A DNA stretch of 64,000 bases from Macrostomum lignano (Eukaryota): NCBI GenBank assembly GCA_002269645.1, contig NIVC01000130.1, forward strand, positions 248,001 to 312,000, given 5' to 3'. The translations under genes were made by a program, and so were the position numbers. The notes under the pieces were generated by a model that searched no databases, had not been told where the DNA came from, and saw only the letters and a program-made list of their open reading frames with translations. Positions 53,108 to 64,000 of the stretch are shown here, piece after piece (the first letter of the stretch is position 1; each line of letters opens with the position of its first letter).

Positions 53108-56100
53108 GTAATTGAGCTTTTTATTGTATTGTAAAATGTACTCTGACATTGGGACTGGATTGAAACTTAATAGTGAGTGTGTTCAGTTCGAGTCAGATCA
53201 TCTGTCATTCAATAGTGAGTGTGTTCAGTTCGAGTCAGATCATCTGTCACTCAATAGTGAGTGTGTTCAGTTCGAGTCAGATCATCTGTCATTCAATAGT
53301 GAGTGTGTTCAGTTCGAGTCAGATCATCTGTCATTCAATAGTGAGTGTGTTCAGTTCGAGTCAGATCATCTGTCACTCAATAGTGAGTGTGTTCAGTTCG
53401 AGTCAGATCATCTGTCATTCAATAGTGAGTGTGTTCAGTTCGAGTCAGATCATCTGTCACTCAATAGTGAGTGTGTTCAGTTCGAGTCAGATCATCTGTC
53501 ATTCAATAGTGAGTGTGTTCAGTTCGAGTCAGATCATCTGTCACTCAATAGTGAGTGTGTTCAGTTCGAGTCAAATCATCTATCATTCAATAGTAAGTGT
53601 GCTCAATTTGAATCAAATCATCTATCATTCAATAGTAAGTGTGCTCAATTTGAATCAAATCATTTATCATTCAATAGTAAGTGTGCTCAATTTGAATCAA
53701 ATCATCTATCATTCAATAGTAAGTGTGCTCAATTTGAATCAAATCATCTATCATTCAATAGTAAGTGTGCTCAATTTGAATCAAATCATCTATCATTCAA
53801 TAGTAAGTGTGCTCAATTTGAATCAAATCATCTATCATTCAATAGTAAGTGTGCTCAATTTGAATCAAATCATCTATCATTCAATAGTAAGTGTGCTCAA
53901 TTTGAGTCAAAATCATCTATCACTAAATAGTGAGTGTGCTCAAGTCTTGGGTAACCATCTGTCACTCAGTACTAAGTGTGCCCAGTTCGAGTCATCCATC
54001 ATGACTCCAGTTCGAGTTAAAATATTTCGTGATCTGCTTACACTGCACGATAAAGTACTGATAAAGAAACTGACACCATTTATTCACCTCAGGCCTGGCC
54101 CATTTCTGCGAGCACATGCTATTCCTTGGCACAGAGAAATACCCAGTGGAGGACAGCTATTCAAATTTTATTAACGAGCACGGTGGCATGAACAATGCTT
54201 ATACGGCTGAGGATCACACCTGCTATTTTTTCGATATTGCGCCTAAACATCTCGCTGAAGCGCTGGATCGATTCAGTCAGTTCTTCCTGTGCCCTCTGTT
54301 CACCCCGTCTGCTACTGAGCGTGAAGTGCAGGTAATCAATTTGCGTAATTTTATTGTCCATCCGATTTAGTTTAACTATTTAAAATTTTCAAAACAAATA
54401 TTTCTACTAAAAGTAGCGTATAGAATACGTTTGAACTATTCGACTTCGACTGGATTAGAAAGTCAAAGGGCCGCTGTGCACCCGTGGAAGCATGTGTCTG
54501 CGTGTCTGCGTATAAAAAATTAATAATTGGTTACACCTGCTCTAATGGCCAGATGTGCAACCGACAGCTCAGGCGAAGGCTGTGTACGGCTGTCCAGTCC
54601 AAGGACTGGGGGGTCGCCACACACCCTCTATTACCCCAGCTAATGCTGGCACCCATTTTACAGCTGGGTGAACTGAAGCAATGCAGAGTTAAGTGTCTTG
54701 CTCAAAGACACAAATTGTTCCAGTGGGATCGGGAATCGAACCCCCGACCTTTCAGTAACTAAAATCCGAAGTCAGCTGACACAAATTTCCAAATCCCCTC
54801 CACAGGCTGTCCACTCGGAGCATTCGAAAAACATTCCACAAGATGTTTGGCGTATGCAACAACTTGAGCACACTCTGGCTAATCCTGAGCACGATTATGG
54901 GGATCATTTCTTCACTGGCAGCCTTGAGACTCTGCTGCCAGATTCTTCGAAAGCCGGCGAGCTGAGAGAGCAGCTGTTGAAATTTCATGCTGAAGAATAT
55001 TCTGCTAATAGGCTGCACCTGGCCGTGCTGGGCTGCGAGTCTCTGGATGAGTTGCAGTCCATGGTTGTGAGCACCTTTGCTAGCGTGCCTAATAAGAATC
55101 TGCCGGTGAGACGTTGGGATAAGCATCCCTACGATGGGAGCGAGTGCGGAGTCAAGGTGAGGTATTTGTAATGAATATGGGGATTTGTAATGAATATGGG
55201 GATTTGTAATGAATATGGGAATTTGTAATGAATATGGGAATTTGTAATGAATATGGGGATTTGTAATGAATATGGGGATTTGTAATGAATATGAGGATTT
55301 GTAGTGAATATGGGGATTTGTAATGAATATGAGGATTTGTAGTGAATATGAGGATTTGTAATGAATATGAGGATTTGTAGTGAATATGGGAACTGGTAAT
55401 TAATATGGGGATTTATAAAGAATATAAATAGGGATTTTTAATGAGCACAGCATATCCAGAAAGTCCAACAAGCCTCTTCCTCCAACTGGGCCCAGGTGTA
55501 CGCCGTGACTATCAAAGACGTGCGCACTCTGCAGCTGGTATTCCCCATGCCAGAGCTGCGCTATCACTACAAAGGCGCGCCTGACCGCTACCTCAGCCAC
55601 CTGATTGGTCACGAGGCTCCTGGCAGTATACTGGCCTATCTGAAGCGCAAAGGCTGGAGCAACGCCCTGTCCGCCGGCTGCGGCGGCGGCTCTCTGGGCT
55701 ACGACTTTTTCAAAGTGTCGCTCGACCTCACCGAGGAGGGCGCCAGACGCGAGGACGCCGTCATTGCCACCCTGTTCCGCTATATTGACATGCTCCGGCG
55801 GGAAGGACCCCAAGAGTGGATTTATAATGAGGAGCGCGATTTGGAGTACATGTCGTTCCGGTTTCGGGATAAATCCCAGCCAATCGACTTGACCGAGCGA
55901 CTGTCGGCCAAGATGCTGTATTATCCTCAGAGGGACGCCCTGGCCGCTAAGGTGGTGCTGAGCGAGTACATGCCCGACAAGATTACGGAGTTGTTAAATT
56001 TAATGACGCCAGACCGATGCAAAGTCTACATTGGTAGTCAGGTGTGATTCATTTGGTATTTTTTGGCGAGAGCTTTTTATAAATTAGAGACTTTATCAAC

Positions 56101-59100
56101 TAGTGACCCCCATACATACTAGATACAGTAGTTATCCTGACCCAAAATGACCTCGGTTGACCTCGTACTTATACTCGTACACAATAGACATGGACAGTAG
56201 TTGTCCTGACCCGAAATGACCCCAGTTGACCATATACGCAATAGACATGGACAGTAGTTGTCCTGACCCGAAATGACCCCAGTTGACCATATACACAATA
56301 GACATGGACAGTAGTTGTCCTGACCCGAAATGACCCCAGTTGGCCATATACACAATAGACATGGACAGTAGTTGTCCTGACCCGAAATGACCCCAGTTGG
56401 CCATATACACAATAGACATGGACAGTAGTTGTCCTGACCCGAAATGACCCCAGTTGGCCATATACACAATAGACATGGACAGTAGTTGTCCTGACCCGAA
56501 ATGACCCCAGTTGGCCATATACACAATAGACATGGACAGTAGTTGTCCTGACCCGAAATGACCCCAGTTGGCCATATACACAATAGACATGGACAGTAGT
56601 TGTCCTGACCCGAAATGACCCCAGTTGACCATATACACAATAGACATGGACAGTAGTTGTCCTGACCCGAAATGACCCCAGTTGACCATATACACAATAG
56701 ACATGGACAGTAGTTGTCCTGACCCGAAATGACCCCAGTTGGCCATATACACAATAGACATGGACAGTAGTTGTCCTGACCCGAAATGACCCCAGTTGAC
56801 CATATACACAATAGACATGGACAGTAGTTGTCCTGACCCGAAATGACCCCAGTTGACCTCCGTATCTATTTAATTTGCCCGCCCGCCAGTCGGTCAAGGA
56901 CAAGTGCACCCGAACCGAGCCGTACTACGGTGTCCAATACGGCGTTGAGAAATTCTCGCCCGAACTGCTAGCGGCCTGTCGCGGGGATTATCAACAGCTG
57001 GCTACTGCTGACAGCTTTTGGCCCAACGGCGAACTGCCAGACTCGGAGCTGCACTTGCCTAGTCCTAATCCGTTCATTCCGACCGATTTCTCGTTGAAAT
57101 CGGCCACCGATCAGCACAGAGACTCGCCTCCGCCAGCCTCTGCCGGGCCTCTGATCCTGCGATCGGACAGGCGGGGCCGGCTGTGGCATCGGTTAGATTA
57201 CGATTACGCACTGCCCAAAGCTTGCTACACTATCGAGCTGATATCTCCGTGCGCTTACACAGATTCTTATGCCGCAGTTTGTTCCAATCTTTACTTTCAA
57301 CTATTGTCCGACGCATTGAACGCGTTGACCTACGATGCCGAATTGGCCGGATTGAATTATCGAATTGATCCCACGGAGAATGGCGCCGTTCTGCATTGTT
57401 CCGGTTATAATGACAAATTGCCCGTACTGTTGAATAGCGTTCTGCAGAAGATGACTAAGCCAGACTTCAATCCTGTTCGATTTGCTAGTCTGTACGATCA
57501 TGTAAGTTTGTAGTGACTTTCTATGGCTTTTGTGTGACCCGTGAGATCTGATTGTCTATGGCTTTTGTGTGACCCGTGAGATCTGATTGTCTATGGCTTT
57601 TGTGTGACCCAAGAGATCTGATTGATTACATGGCTTTTGTGTGACCCGTGAGATTTGATTGTCTATGGCTTTTGTGTGACCCGTGGGATCTGATTGTCTA
57701 TGGCTTTTTGTGTGACCCGAGAGATCTGATTGTCTATGGCTTTTTGTGTGACCCGTGAGATCTGATTGTCTATGGCTTTTTGTGTGACCCGTGAGATTTG
57801 ATTGTCTATGGCTTTTGTGTGACCCGTGAGATCTGATTGTCTATGGCTTTTGTGTGACCCGAGAGATCTGATTGTCTATGGCTTTTGTGTGAACCGTGAG
57901 ATTTGATTGTCTATGGCTTTTGTGTGAACCGTGAGATTTGATTGTCTACATGGCTTTTGTGTGACCCCTGAGATTTGATTGTCTATGGCTTTTGTGTGAC
58001 CCGTGGGATCTGATTGTCCTTATGGATTTTGCGTAACATGTGAGATTTGATTTGAGACTTATTTAAACGGAATTTGTGTCATGAGATTTCTGGGAAATGT
58101 GAGCTGTGATGATCCTCATGCAAGTTCGTCATGACCTCATGCATGTCACCACTCTAGTCCGCCAGTGTCACCCACTGTCGCCCAATTTAGATGGAACGCA
58201 GTTTGAAAAACTTCAAGTTGGAGCAGCCCTACCAGCACTGCAGCTTCCATATGAACCTCATCTGCAAGACTCTGGTGTGGACTCCCGACGATCAACTGGA
58301 TGCTTTGGCCAGTAAGTCAATGCAGATTAGTGGTCTGGTTATCAAAACTGTGCTTTGGTTATGTAATATCACCCCTATCAGACTGAAGTCTCACCCCTAT
58401 CTACTCAATCAGTCTAAAAGTAAACTTCTCTCTCGACCAATCCAAAACCTCATCCCCGCCACCTTAAAATCTCAGCCCCCAAAAACCCAGTCACTCCAAA
58501 CCAACGCAAAATCTCATCCCATCAAAGTCAAAGTCTCACCTCAGCAAACTCAAAATCTCACACCCAATAAGTCCAAAATCTCACCTTAACCAAACAAAAA
58601 TCTCACCATAACCAACCCAAAATCTCACCCCAACTAATCCCAAATCTCGCCCCAACCAACCAAAAATCTCACCCTAACCAACCAAAAATCTCACATCAAC
58701 CAACCAAAAATCTCACCCAACTAATCCCAAATCTCACCCCAATCAACCAAAAATCTCACATCAACCAACCAAAAATCTCACCCAACTAATCCCAAATCTC
58801 TCCCCAACCAACCAAAAATCTCACATCAACCAACCAAAAATCTTACTCCAACTAATCCCAAATCTCACCCCAACCAACCAAAAATCTCACCTGAACTAAT
58901 CCCAAATCTCTCCCCAACCAACCAAAAGTCTCACATCAACCAACCAAAAATCTCACCCAGCTAATTCCATCTCACCCCAGCCAACCAAAAATCTCACCCA
59001 ACTAATCCCAAATCTCACCCCAACCAACCCAAAATCTCACCCCAACTAATCCCAAATCTTACCCCAACCAACCACCCCAACCAACCAAAAATCTCAAATC

Positions 59101-62015
59101 AACCAATCAAAAATCTCACCCCAAATAATCCAAAATCTCACATAACCAACCCAAAATCTCGCATCGCCAGACGTCACGCTGGACAGCGTGCTGCAGTTCA
59201 GTCGCCAGATGCAGTCCCGCCTGTACACGGAGACCCTCGTCTACGGTAACGTCGCCGCGACAGAGGCCGAGCCAATCGCCGACTCGGTTCTGGCCTCTCT
59301 GACGGCAACTCCGGTACCGAGATCGGAGATCGCTCGAGCTCGCGACTTCCTACTTCCGGCGGGCACGCATCACCTGTACCGCAGCGTGCACTCGCATCAC
59401 AAGGACTCCGCGTGCGCTGTGTACTTTCAAATTGAGTCCGACGCGGCCGGCGGATTCGACGCTAAAATTCGAACTCGCGTCCTTTGTCGCCTACTTGGGC
59501 AAGTAGTGCAGGAGTCCTATTTTGATTCTCTGCGGACTAAACAGCAACTGGGCTATTTGGTTGGCGTCAGGACTTCGGCTGGGGTTAACACTGACGGTCT
59601 GATTTTCTTTGTGCAGTCTGACAGGTGAGAATTATCAGTTTTGATCATCTCCCACAAGAATCGCCATCTCACCCAAGAATCGCCATCAAGTTTCCCACAA
59701 GAATCGCCATCAAATCTCCCACAAGAATCGCCATCAAGTCTCCCACAAGAATCGCCATCAAATCTCACCCAAGAATCGCCATCAAATCTCACCCAAGAAT
59801 CGCCATCAAATCTCACCCAAGAATCGCCATCAAATTTCCCACAATAATCGCCATCAAATCTCACCCAAGAATCGCCATCAAATCTCACCCAAGAATCGCC
59901 ATCAAATCTCAAGAATCGCTATCAAATTTGCCACAAAAATCGCCATCAAATTTCCCACAATAATCGCCATCAAATCTCCCCCAAGAATCGCCATCAAATC
60001 TCACAAGAATCGCCATCAAATCTCACCCAAGAATCGCCATCAAATCTCACAAGAATCGCTATCAAATTTGCCACAAGAATCGCCATCAAATCTCACCCAA
60101 GAATCGCCATCAAATCTCACCCAAGAATCGCCATCAAATCTCACAAGAATCGCTATCAAATTTGCCACAAGAATCGCCATCAAATCTCACCCAAGAATCG
60201 CCATCAAATCTCACAAGAATCGCCATCAAATCTCACCCAAGAATCGCCATCAAATCTCACAAGAATCGCCATCAAATCTCACCCAAGAATCGCCATCAAA
60301 TCTCACAAGAATCGCTATCAAATTTGCCACAAGAATCGCCATTTACTCCCTCAAAGCATTCGCCTCTTCGATATTCTCCATTGCTATTGTCGCATTAGAA
60401 TCAATATTTAACAATTAAGAATAATTTCCATCCGGATGAAACTCACATCAGGCACCCAGTGTACCTGGAGGAGCGAATCGACGCTTTCATCGACTCAATT
60501 GCCGACGATCTCAAATCGATGCCGGACGAGCAGTTCCAATCTCACGTGGCCGCTTTAAACTCGGTGATCACTGAGAAGCCCAAAAAGATGACTGCACGAA
60601 ATCAGCTGTACTTTGAAGAGATTCGCCGTGGCACATTGTGCTTCGATCGCAAAGAGCGCCTGTCTGCCTGCCTGACTAAGATCACTAAGGATGACCTGCT
60701 GCAGCACGTCAATGTGAGCGATTGATCATTGATTCTTTAATTTCTACCCTAACCCCAACCTGAAAAAGACCCTGCACTCCGAGCTGCTACAAAGACCCTG
60801 TACTCAAGACTACAAAGACCCTGCACTCAAAACTACAAAGACCCAGCACTTGAAGCTACAAAGATCCTGCATTTTAATCTACAAAGACCCTGCACTCTAA
60901 GCTACAAAGACCCAACACTTTAAGCTACAAATACCCTGTACTTTAAGCTACAAATACCCTGCACTCTAAGCTACAAATACCCTGCACTTTAAGCTACAAA
61001 TACCCTGCACTCTAAGCTACAAATACCCTGCACTCTAAGCTACAAAGACCAAACACTTTAAGCTACAAAGACCAAACACTTGAAGCTAAAAATACCCTGC
61101 ACTCTAAGCTACAAAGACCAAACACTTTAAGCTACAAATACCCTGTACTTTAAACTACAAATACCCTGCACTCTAAGCTACAAATACCCTGCACTCTAAG
61201 CTACAAAGACCAAACACTTTAAGCTACAAATACCCTGCACTCTAAGCTACAAATACCCTGCACTTTAAGCTACAAATACCCTGCACTCTAAGCTACAAAT
61301 ACCCTGCACTCTAAGCTACAAAGACCAAACACTTTAAGCTACAAAGACCAAACACTTGAAGCTAAAAATACCCTGCACTCTAAGCTACAAAGACCAAACA
61401 CTTTAAGCTACAAATACCCTGTACTTTAAACTACAAATACCCTGCACTCTAAGCTACAAATACCCTGCACTCTAAGCTACAAATACCCTGCACTCTAAGC
61501 TACAAATACCCTGCACTCTAAGCTACAAATACCCTGCACTCTAAGCTACAAAGACCCTGCGCTTTTTATTCCTCTTTCCTATCCAATCTAGCGAACAGGA
61601 TCAGTGCTCCCATTTCACGAGTATTTCAAGACTTTGCCACGCGTTCCTCATTATAATATGCTAATGAACAGGCCGCCGCGTTCAAATTCCCTTTCTCCAG
61701 ACCTGGCTAAGCAAAGATTCGAAGCAGAGGCGCCGTCTGTCGTTGCACGTTGTCTCCGAGGAGACACACGGCGGCATCAAAGATGCAGACTATGCCAACT
61801 ATACGGTGAGGGCTGGGGTTCGACTCTGCAAATTCATATTTCACTATTCACTATTCATTTCTCGCCCCCCCCAAACCGCGCAGGGAGTCAACATTCCGAG
61901 CGTGCAGGAATTTCAACGCCGCCTGCTGCTTGGCCCGCTGCCAGCGCCGGCCGCTCCGGAGTCGCGGTTTCTGTCCGCATCTGCGGCTACCGCTGCCGCG
62001 GCTGCTAAACTCTGA
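52888..62015 (+). CDS. IDE: Insulin-degrading enzyme (insulysin, peptidase M16A), 10 coding exons, 3042 nt = 1013 aa + stop
   Basis: join(52888-53107,54093-54331,54806-55156,55496-56041,56890-57501,58191-58311,59171-59624,60452-60713,61701-61805,61884-62015). All GT-AG and in frame. Motifs: [29 protein letters not shown] (HxxEH), [11 protein letters not shown]-terminal AKL. Confidence 0.96.
53170..54010. repeat. 42 bp minisatellite, about 20 copies in two subfamily blocks (IDE intron 1)
   Basis: 14-aa periodicity [12 protein letters not shown](F/L)N switching to [14 protein letters not shown]. Confidence 0.96.
54093..54331 (+). CDS. IDE: IDE exon 2 (HFCEH zinc motif)
   Basis: CCTCAG|GC CTG GCC CAT; donor CAG|GTAATC. 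Confidence 0.95.
54515..54760 (-). mobile_element. tRNA-derived CORE-like SINE, copy 2 (IDE intron 2)
   Basis: Reverse complement of the 45545-45822 element; retains a B-box GGGTTCGATTCCC. Confidence 0.75.
54806..55156 (+). CDS. IDE: IDE exon 3
   Basis: CCACAG|GCT GTC (EV-Q-AVHSEH.KN); donor AAG|GTGAGG. Confidence 0.95.
55164..55415. repeat. 19 bp minisatellite ATTTGTA(A/G)TGAATATG(G/A)GG x~13 (IDE intron 3)
   Basis: Period 19 measured at 55164/55183. Confidence 0.95.
55496..56041 (+). CDS. IDE: IDE exon 4
   Basis: CCCAG|GTG TAC; contains [13 protein letters not shown]; donor CAG|GTGTGA. Confidence 0.93.
56110..56860. repeat. 57 bp minisatellite x~13 (IDE intron 4)
   Basis: 19-aa periodicity in all three minus-strand frames. 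Confidence 0.96.
56890..57501 (+). CDS. IDE: IDE exon 5
   Basis: CGCCAG|TCG GTC; donor CAT|GTAAGT. Confidence 0.93.
57522..58030. repeat. 35 bp minisatellite CTATGGCTTTTGTGTGACCCGTGAGATCTGATTGT x~14 (IDE intron 5)
   Basis: Directly visible. Confidence 0.95.
58191..58311 (+). CDS. IDE: IDE exon 6
   Basis: TTTAG|ATG GAA (R.L.NF..EQPYQH); donor A|GTAAGT. Confidence 0.92.
58560..59158. repeat. ~20 bp A/C-rich, nearly G-free minisatellite AAAATCTCACCCCAAC(C/T)AA(C/T)C (IDE intron 6)
   Basis: Directly visible; runs to within about 12 nt of the acceptor. Confidence 0.93.
59171..59624 (+). CDS. IDE: IDE exon 7
   Basis: CGCCAG|AC GTC; donor AG|GTGAGA. Confidence 0.93.
59648..60345. repeat. 21/24 bp minisatellite AAGAATCGCCATCAAATCTCAC(CC) x~30 (IDE intron 7)
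   Basis: 8-aa periodicity QESPSNLT. Confidence 0.95.
60452..60713 (+). CDS. IDE: IDE exon 8
   Basis: CATCAG|G CAC CCA ([10 protein letters not shown]); donor AAT|GTGAGC. Confidence 0.93.
60765..61560. repeat. 23 bp minisatellite GCTACAAA(T/G)ACCCTGCACTCTAA x~34 (IDE intron 8)
   Basis: Directly visible, with a GACCAAACACTTTAA variant. Confidence 0.95.
61701..61805 (+). CDS. IDE: IDE exon 9
   Basis: CTCCAG|ACC TGG gives [19 protein letters not shown], matching IDE 'RR.K.SVHV'; donor ACG|GTGAGG. Confidence 0.85.
61884..62015 (+). CDS. IDE: IDE exon 10
   Basis: CGCGCAG|GGA GTC AAC (I.S..EF.R.L.L.P); ends AAKL-TGA. Confidence 0.85.
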   Translation, partial: GVNIPSVQEFQRRLLLGPLPAPAAPESRFLSASAATAAAAAKL

Positions 62016-62169
62016 GATTAGTCTGTGGCTGCCAGGATTGATTCTCGTTTTCCTGACAATCTGAATTGTATTTTCTTTTCTTGGGGTGGTAATTAGGGAT
62101 GTTTTATTTTGGGTGTTCAACTGGGATGTTTAATATCGATTTTTATTTGTCTCTTTATTGAGAAATTAT

Positions 62170-62870
62170 TTATTTACTTGCTTTTTAAGTGTTTATTGTG
62201 GATTTATTTGACTTTTGAGTGTTTATTGGGGATTTGATTTGTGTTTATTGTGGATTTGTTTGATTTGAGTGTTTATTGTGGATTTGATTTGTGTTTATTG
62301 TGGATTTATTTGATTTGAGAGTGTTTATTGTGGATTTGATTTGTGTTTATTGTGGATTTGTTTGATTTGAGAGTGTTTATTAGGGATTTAATTTGTGTTT
62401 ATTGTGGATTTGTTTGATTTGAGAGTGTTTATTGTGAATTTATTTGATTTGAGTGTTTATTGTGGATTTATTTGATTTGAGAGTGTTTATTGTAGATTTA
62501 TTTGATTTGAGAGTGTTTATTGTGGATTTGATTTGTGTTTATTGTGGATTTGTTTGATTTGAGAGTGTTTATTGTGGATTTGATTTGATTTGAGAGTGTT
62601 TATTGTGGATTTATTTGATTTGAGAGTGTTTATTGTAGATTTATTTGATTTGAGAGTGTTTATTGTAGATTTATTTGATTTGAGAGTGTTTATTGTGGAT
62701 TTGATTTGTGTTTATTGTGGATTTGTTTGATTTGAGAGTGTTTATTGTGGATTTATTTGATTTGAGTGTTTATTGTGGATTTATTTGATTTGAGATTGTT
62801 TATTGTAGATTTATTTGATTTTAGAGTGTTTACTGTGGATTTATTTGAGTTGAGTGTTTATTCTGCATCT
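62170..62870. repeat. T/G-rich ~22-31 bp minisatellite GTGTTTATTGT(G/A)GATTT(ATTT)GATTT(GAGA) downstream of IDE
   Basis: Directly visible. Confidence 0.93.
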
Positions 62871-64000
62871 TTTAATGAGGTGTTTGTTGCGAATGTTTAC
62901 TTTTGTGTTCTTGTTTTTTGTTAATCGTTTTTACTTATTGTGTTTATTTTTGTGTTTAATTGTGGTTGTTTTTGGTGTGTTTTTCTGAATTCATAAGAGC
63001 TGCACCATGGGGTGTTTAGGTTATAGTTAAGGGCATTTTAGGCGGTCTTAATCCGAAAACCGAAATGGCTCGGTCTAAACCGAATACCTCCCAACTGAGT
63101 GTTTATGGGTATTTTATAGGATTGCATGTGCAATTTCAGAACAATAAGCGATTCTTTGTTTTAATTTTATCTACTCTATCTTGTTATTAAACTTGTATTT
63201 AACATTTAATATACATTTAGTTTTAGACTTCAACGTAACTTTAGTGAACAGAAAGATTGTTGTCAGTAGTAGTTCTATGCAGTAGTATGTATTGCTACAA
63301 AACTATTTTGATTATCATTTTATCATCCATCGATCGAAGTGAACGCAGCATGCACCAATTTTATTAAATATATTTTCTCTTGTTTTTGTTGTTAATCTTG
63401 TTCTGTTTGGTTCTAATTAATAAAGTCTGATTAATATTTAAAGAAGCAGTTCACGAAGATGACGGTAAAATTCTTTTCTGCAATAATCTTTTAATTTTTA
63501 GAGTTTTGTTTTACACTCTCTCTTATTTAGTTTGGTGCGATATAATTTTCAAAACCAGTAGTAGTAGTAGTAGTAGTATTTAATAACGTCAGTAGGTAGT
63601 TAAACTAGTAGCAGATACTTTCGAATCTTTTACTCAACCTAATTGATTTTGGCATGATTTTCAAATACGAGAGTATACTACAATAACTTTCACTGTCTAC
63701 TTGTAAAGCAGCATCTGCAGCCCCAGTTTTATAGTCTATGGCGCATGTTCAATGTTTACAACTATGCCTAAGGGACCGCGCATCACTTCAATTCAGATTT
63801 TACTAGGAAAAACAGTAGCAGATTTTAAATCATACGAAGTCCGCCGCACACTCATGGCATTCTCGATTTACAAACCCGAGATCTTCGTGCTCGTGGTTCT
63901 TTTTGTGATAACAGATGCCATGTGCATCCATGCTTTAAATGAAAGGGTTTATCCAACGTTGTGTAAGTGCTGTCATTCAGTTCATGCATTTTTGCTCCAT

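Noticed and set aside
61604-62008. 134-aa ORF as the final IDE exon
   Set aside because: Wrong frame. IDE similarity (RRRLSLHV; I.S..EF.R.L) lies in the 61701/61884 frame.

Overview
Eukaryotic, intron-rich genomic DNA, not prokaryotic: there is no CRISPR array, rRNA or intact tRNA. Gene style, GC-rich exons in AT-rich flanks and minisatellite-filled introns suggest a flatworm such as Macrostomum (inference only). Contents: (1) the last coding exon of an SLC22-type transporter (593-1014, +); (2) a complete 14-exon beta-spectrin (6899-37012, +; 2388 aa by my splice model); (3) an accessory stretch (about 39.4-52.2 kb) with a frameshifted secreted lectin-like gene, an intronless PLAAT/HRASLS gene, a 3-exon divergent IAP-like RING gene, a CORE-like SINE, two hAT-like MITEs, a deleted mariner, a possible solo LTR and a Penelope-type minimal hammerhead ribozyme motif; (4) a complete 10-exon insulin-degrading enzyme (52888-62015, +; 1013 aa, HFCEH motif, C-terminal AKL). 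A third MITE lies at 4993-5303 and a second SINE copy in IDE intron 2. Most long ORFs in the track are artefacts of tandem repeats. Best leads: nearly every intron of the two large genes carries its own private minisatellite; a Met-less, in-frame, presequence-like 50-codon extension of IDE starts exactly at a splice acceptor and could take its AUG from a flatworm spliced leader; a degenerate-BIR IAP; a decoy 3' splice-site array; and the hammerhead motif. Exon boundaries were read by hand from GT/AG and frame continuity. Array edges and copy numbers are approximate.
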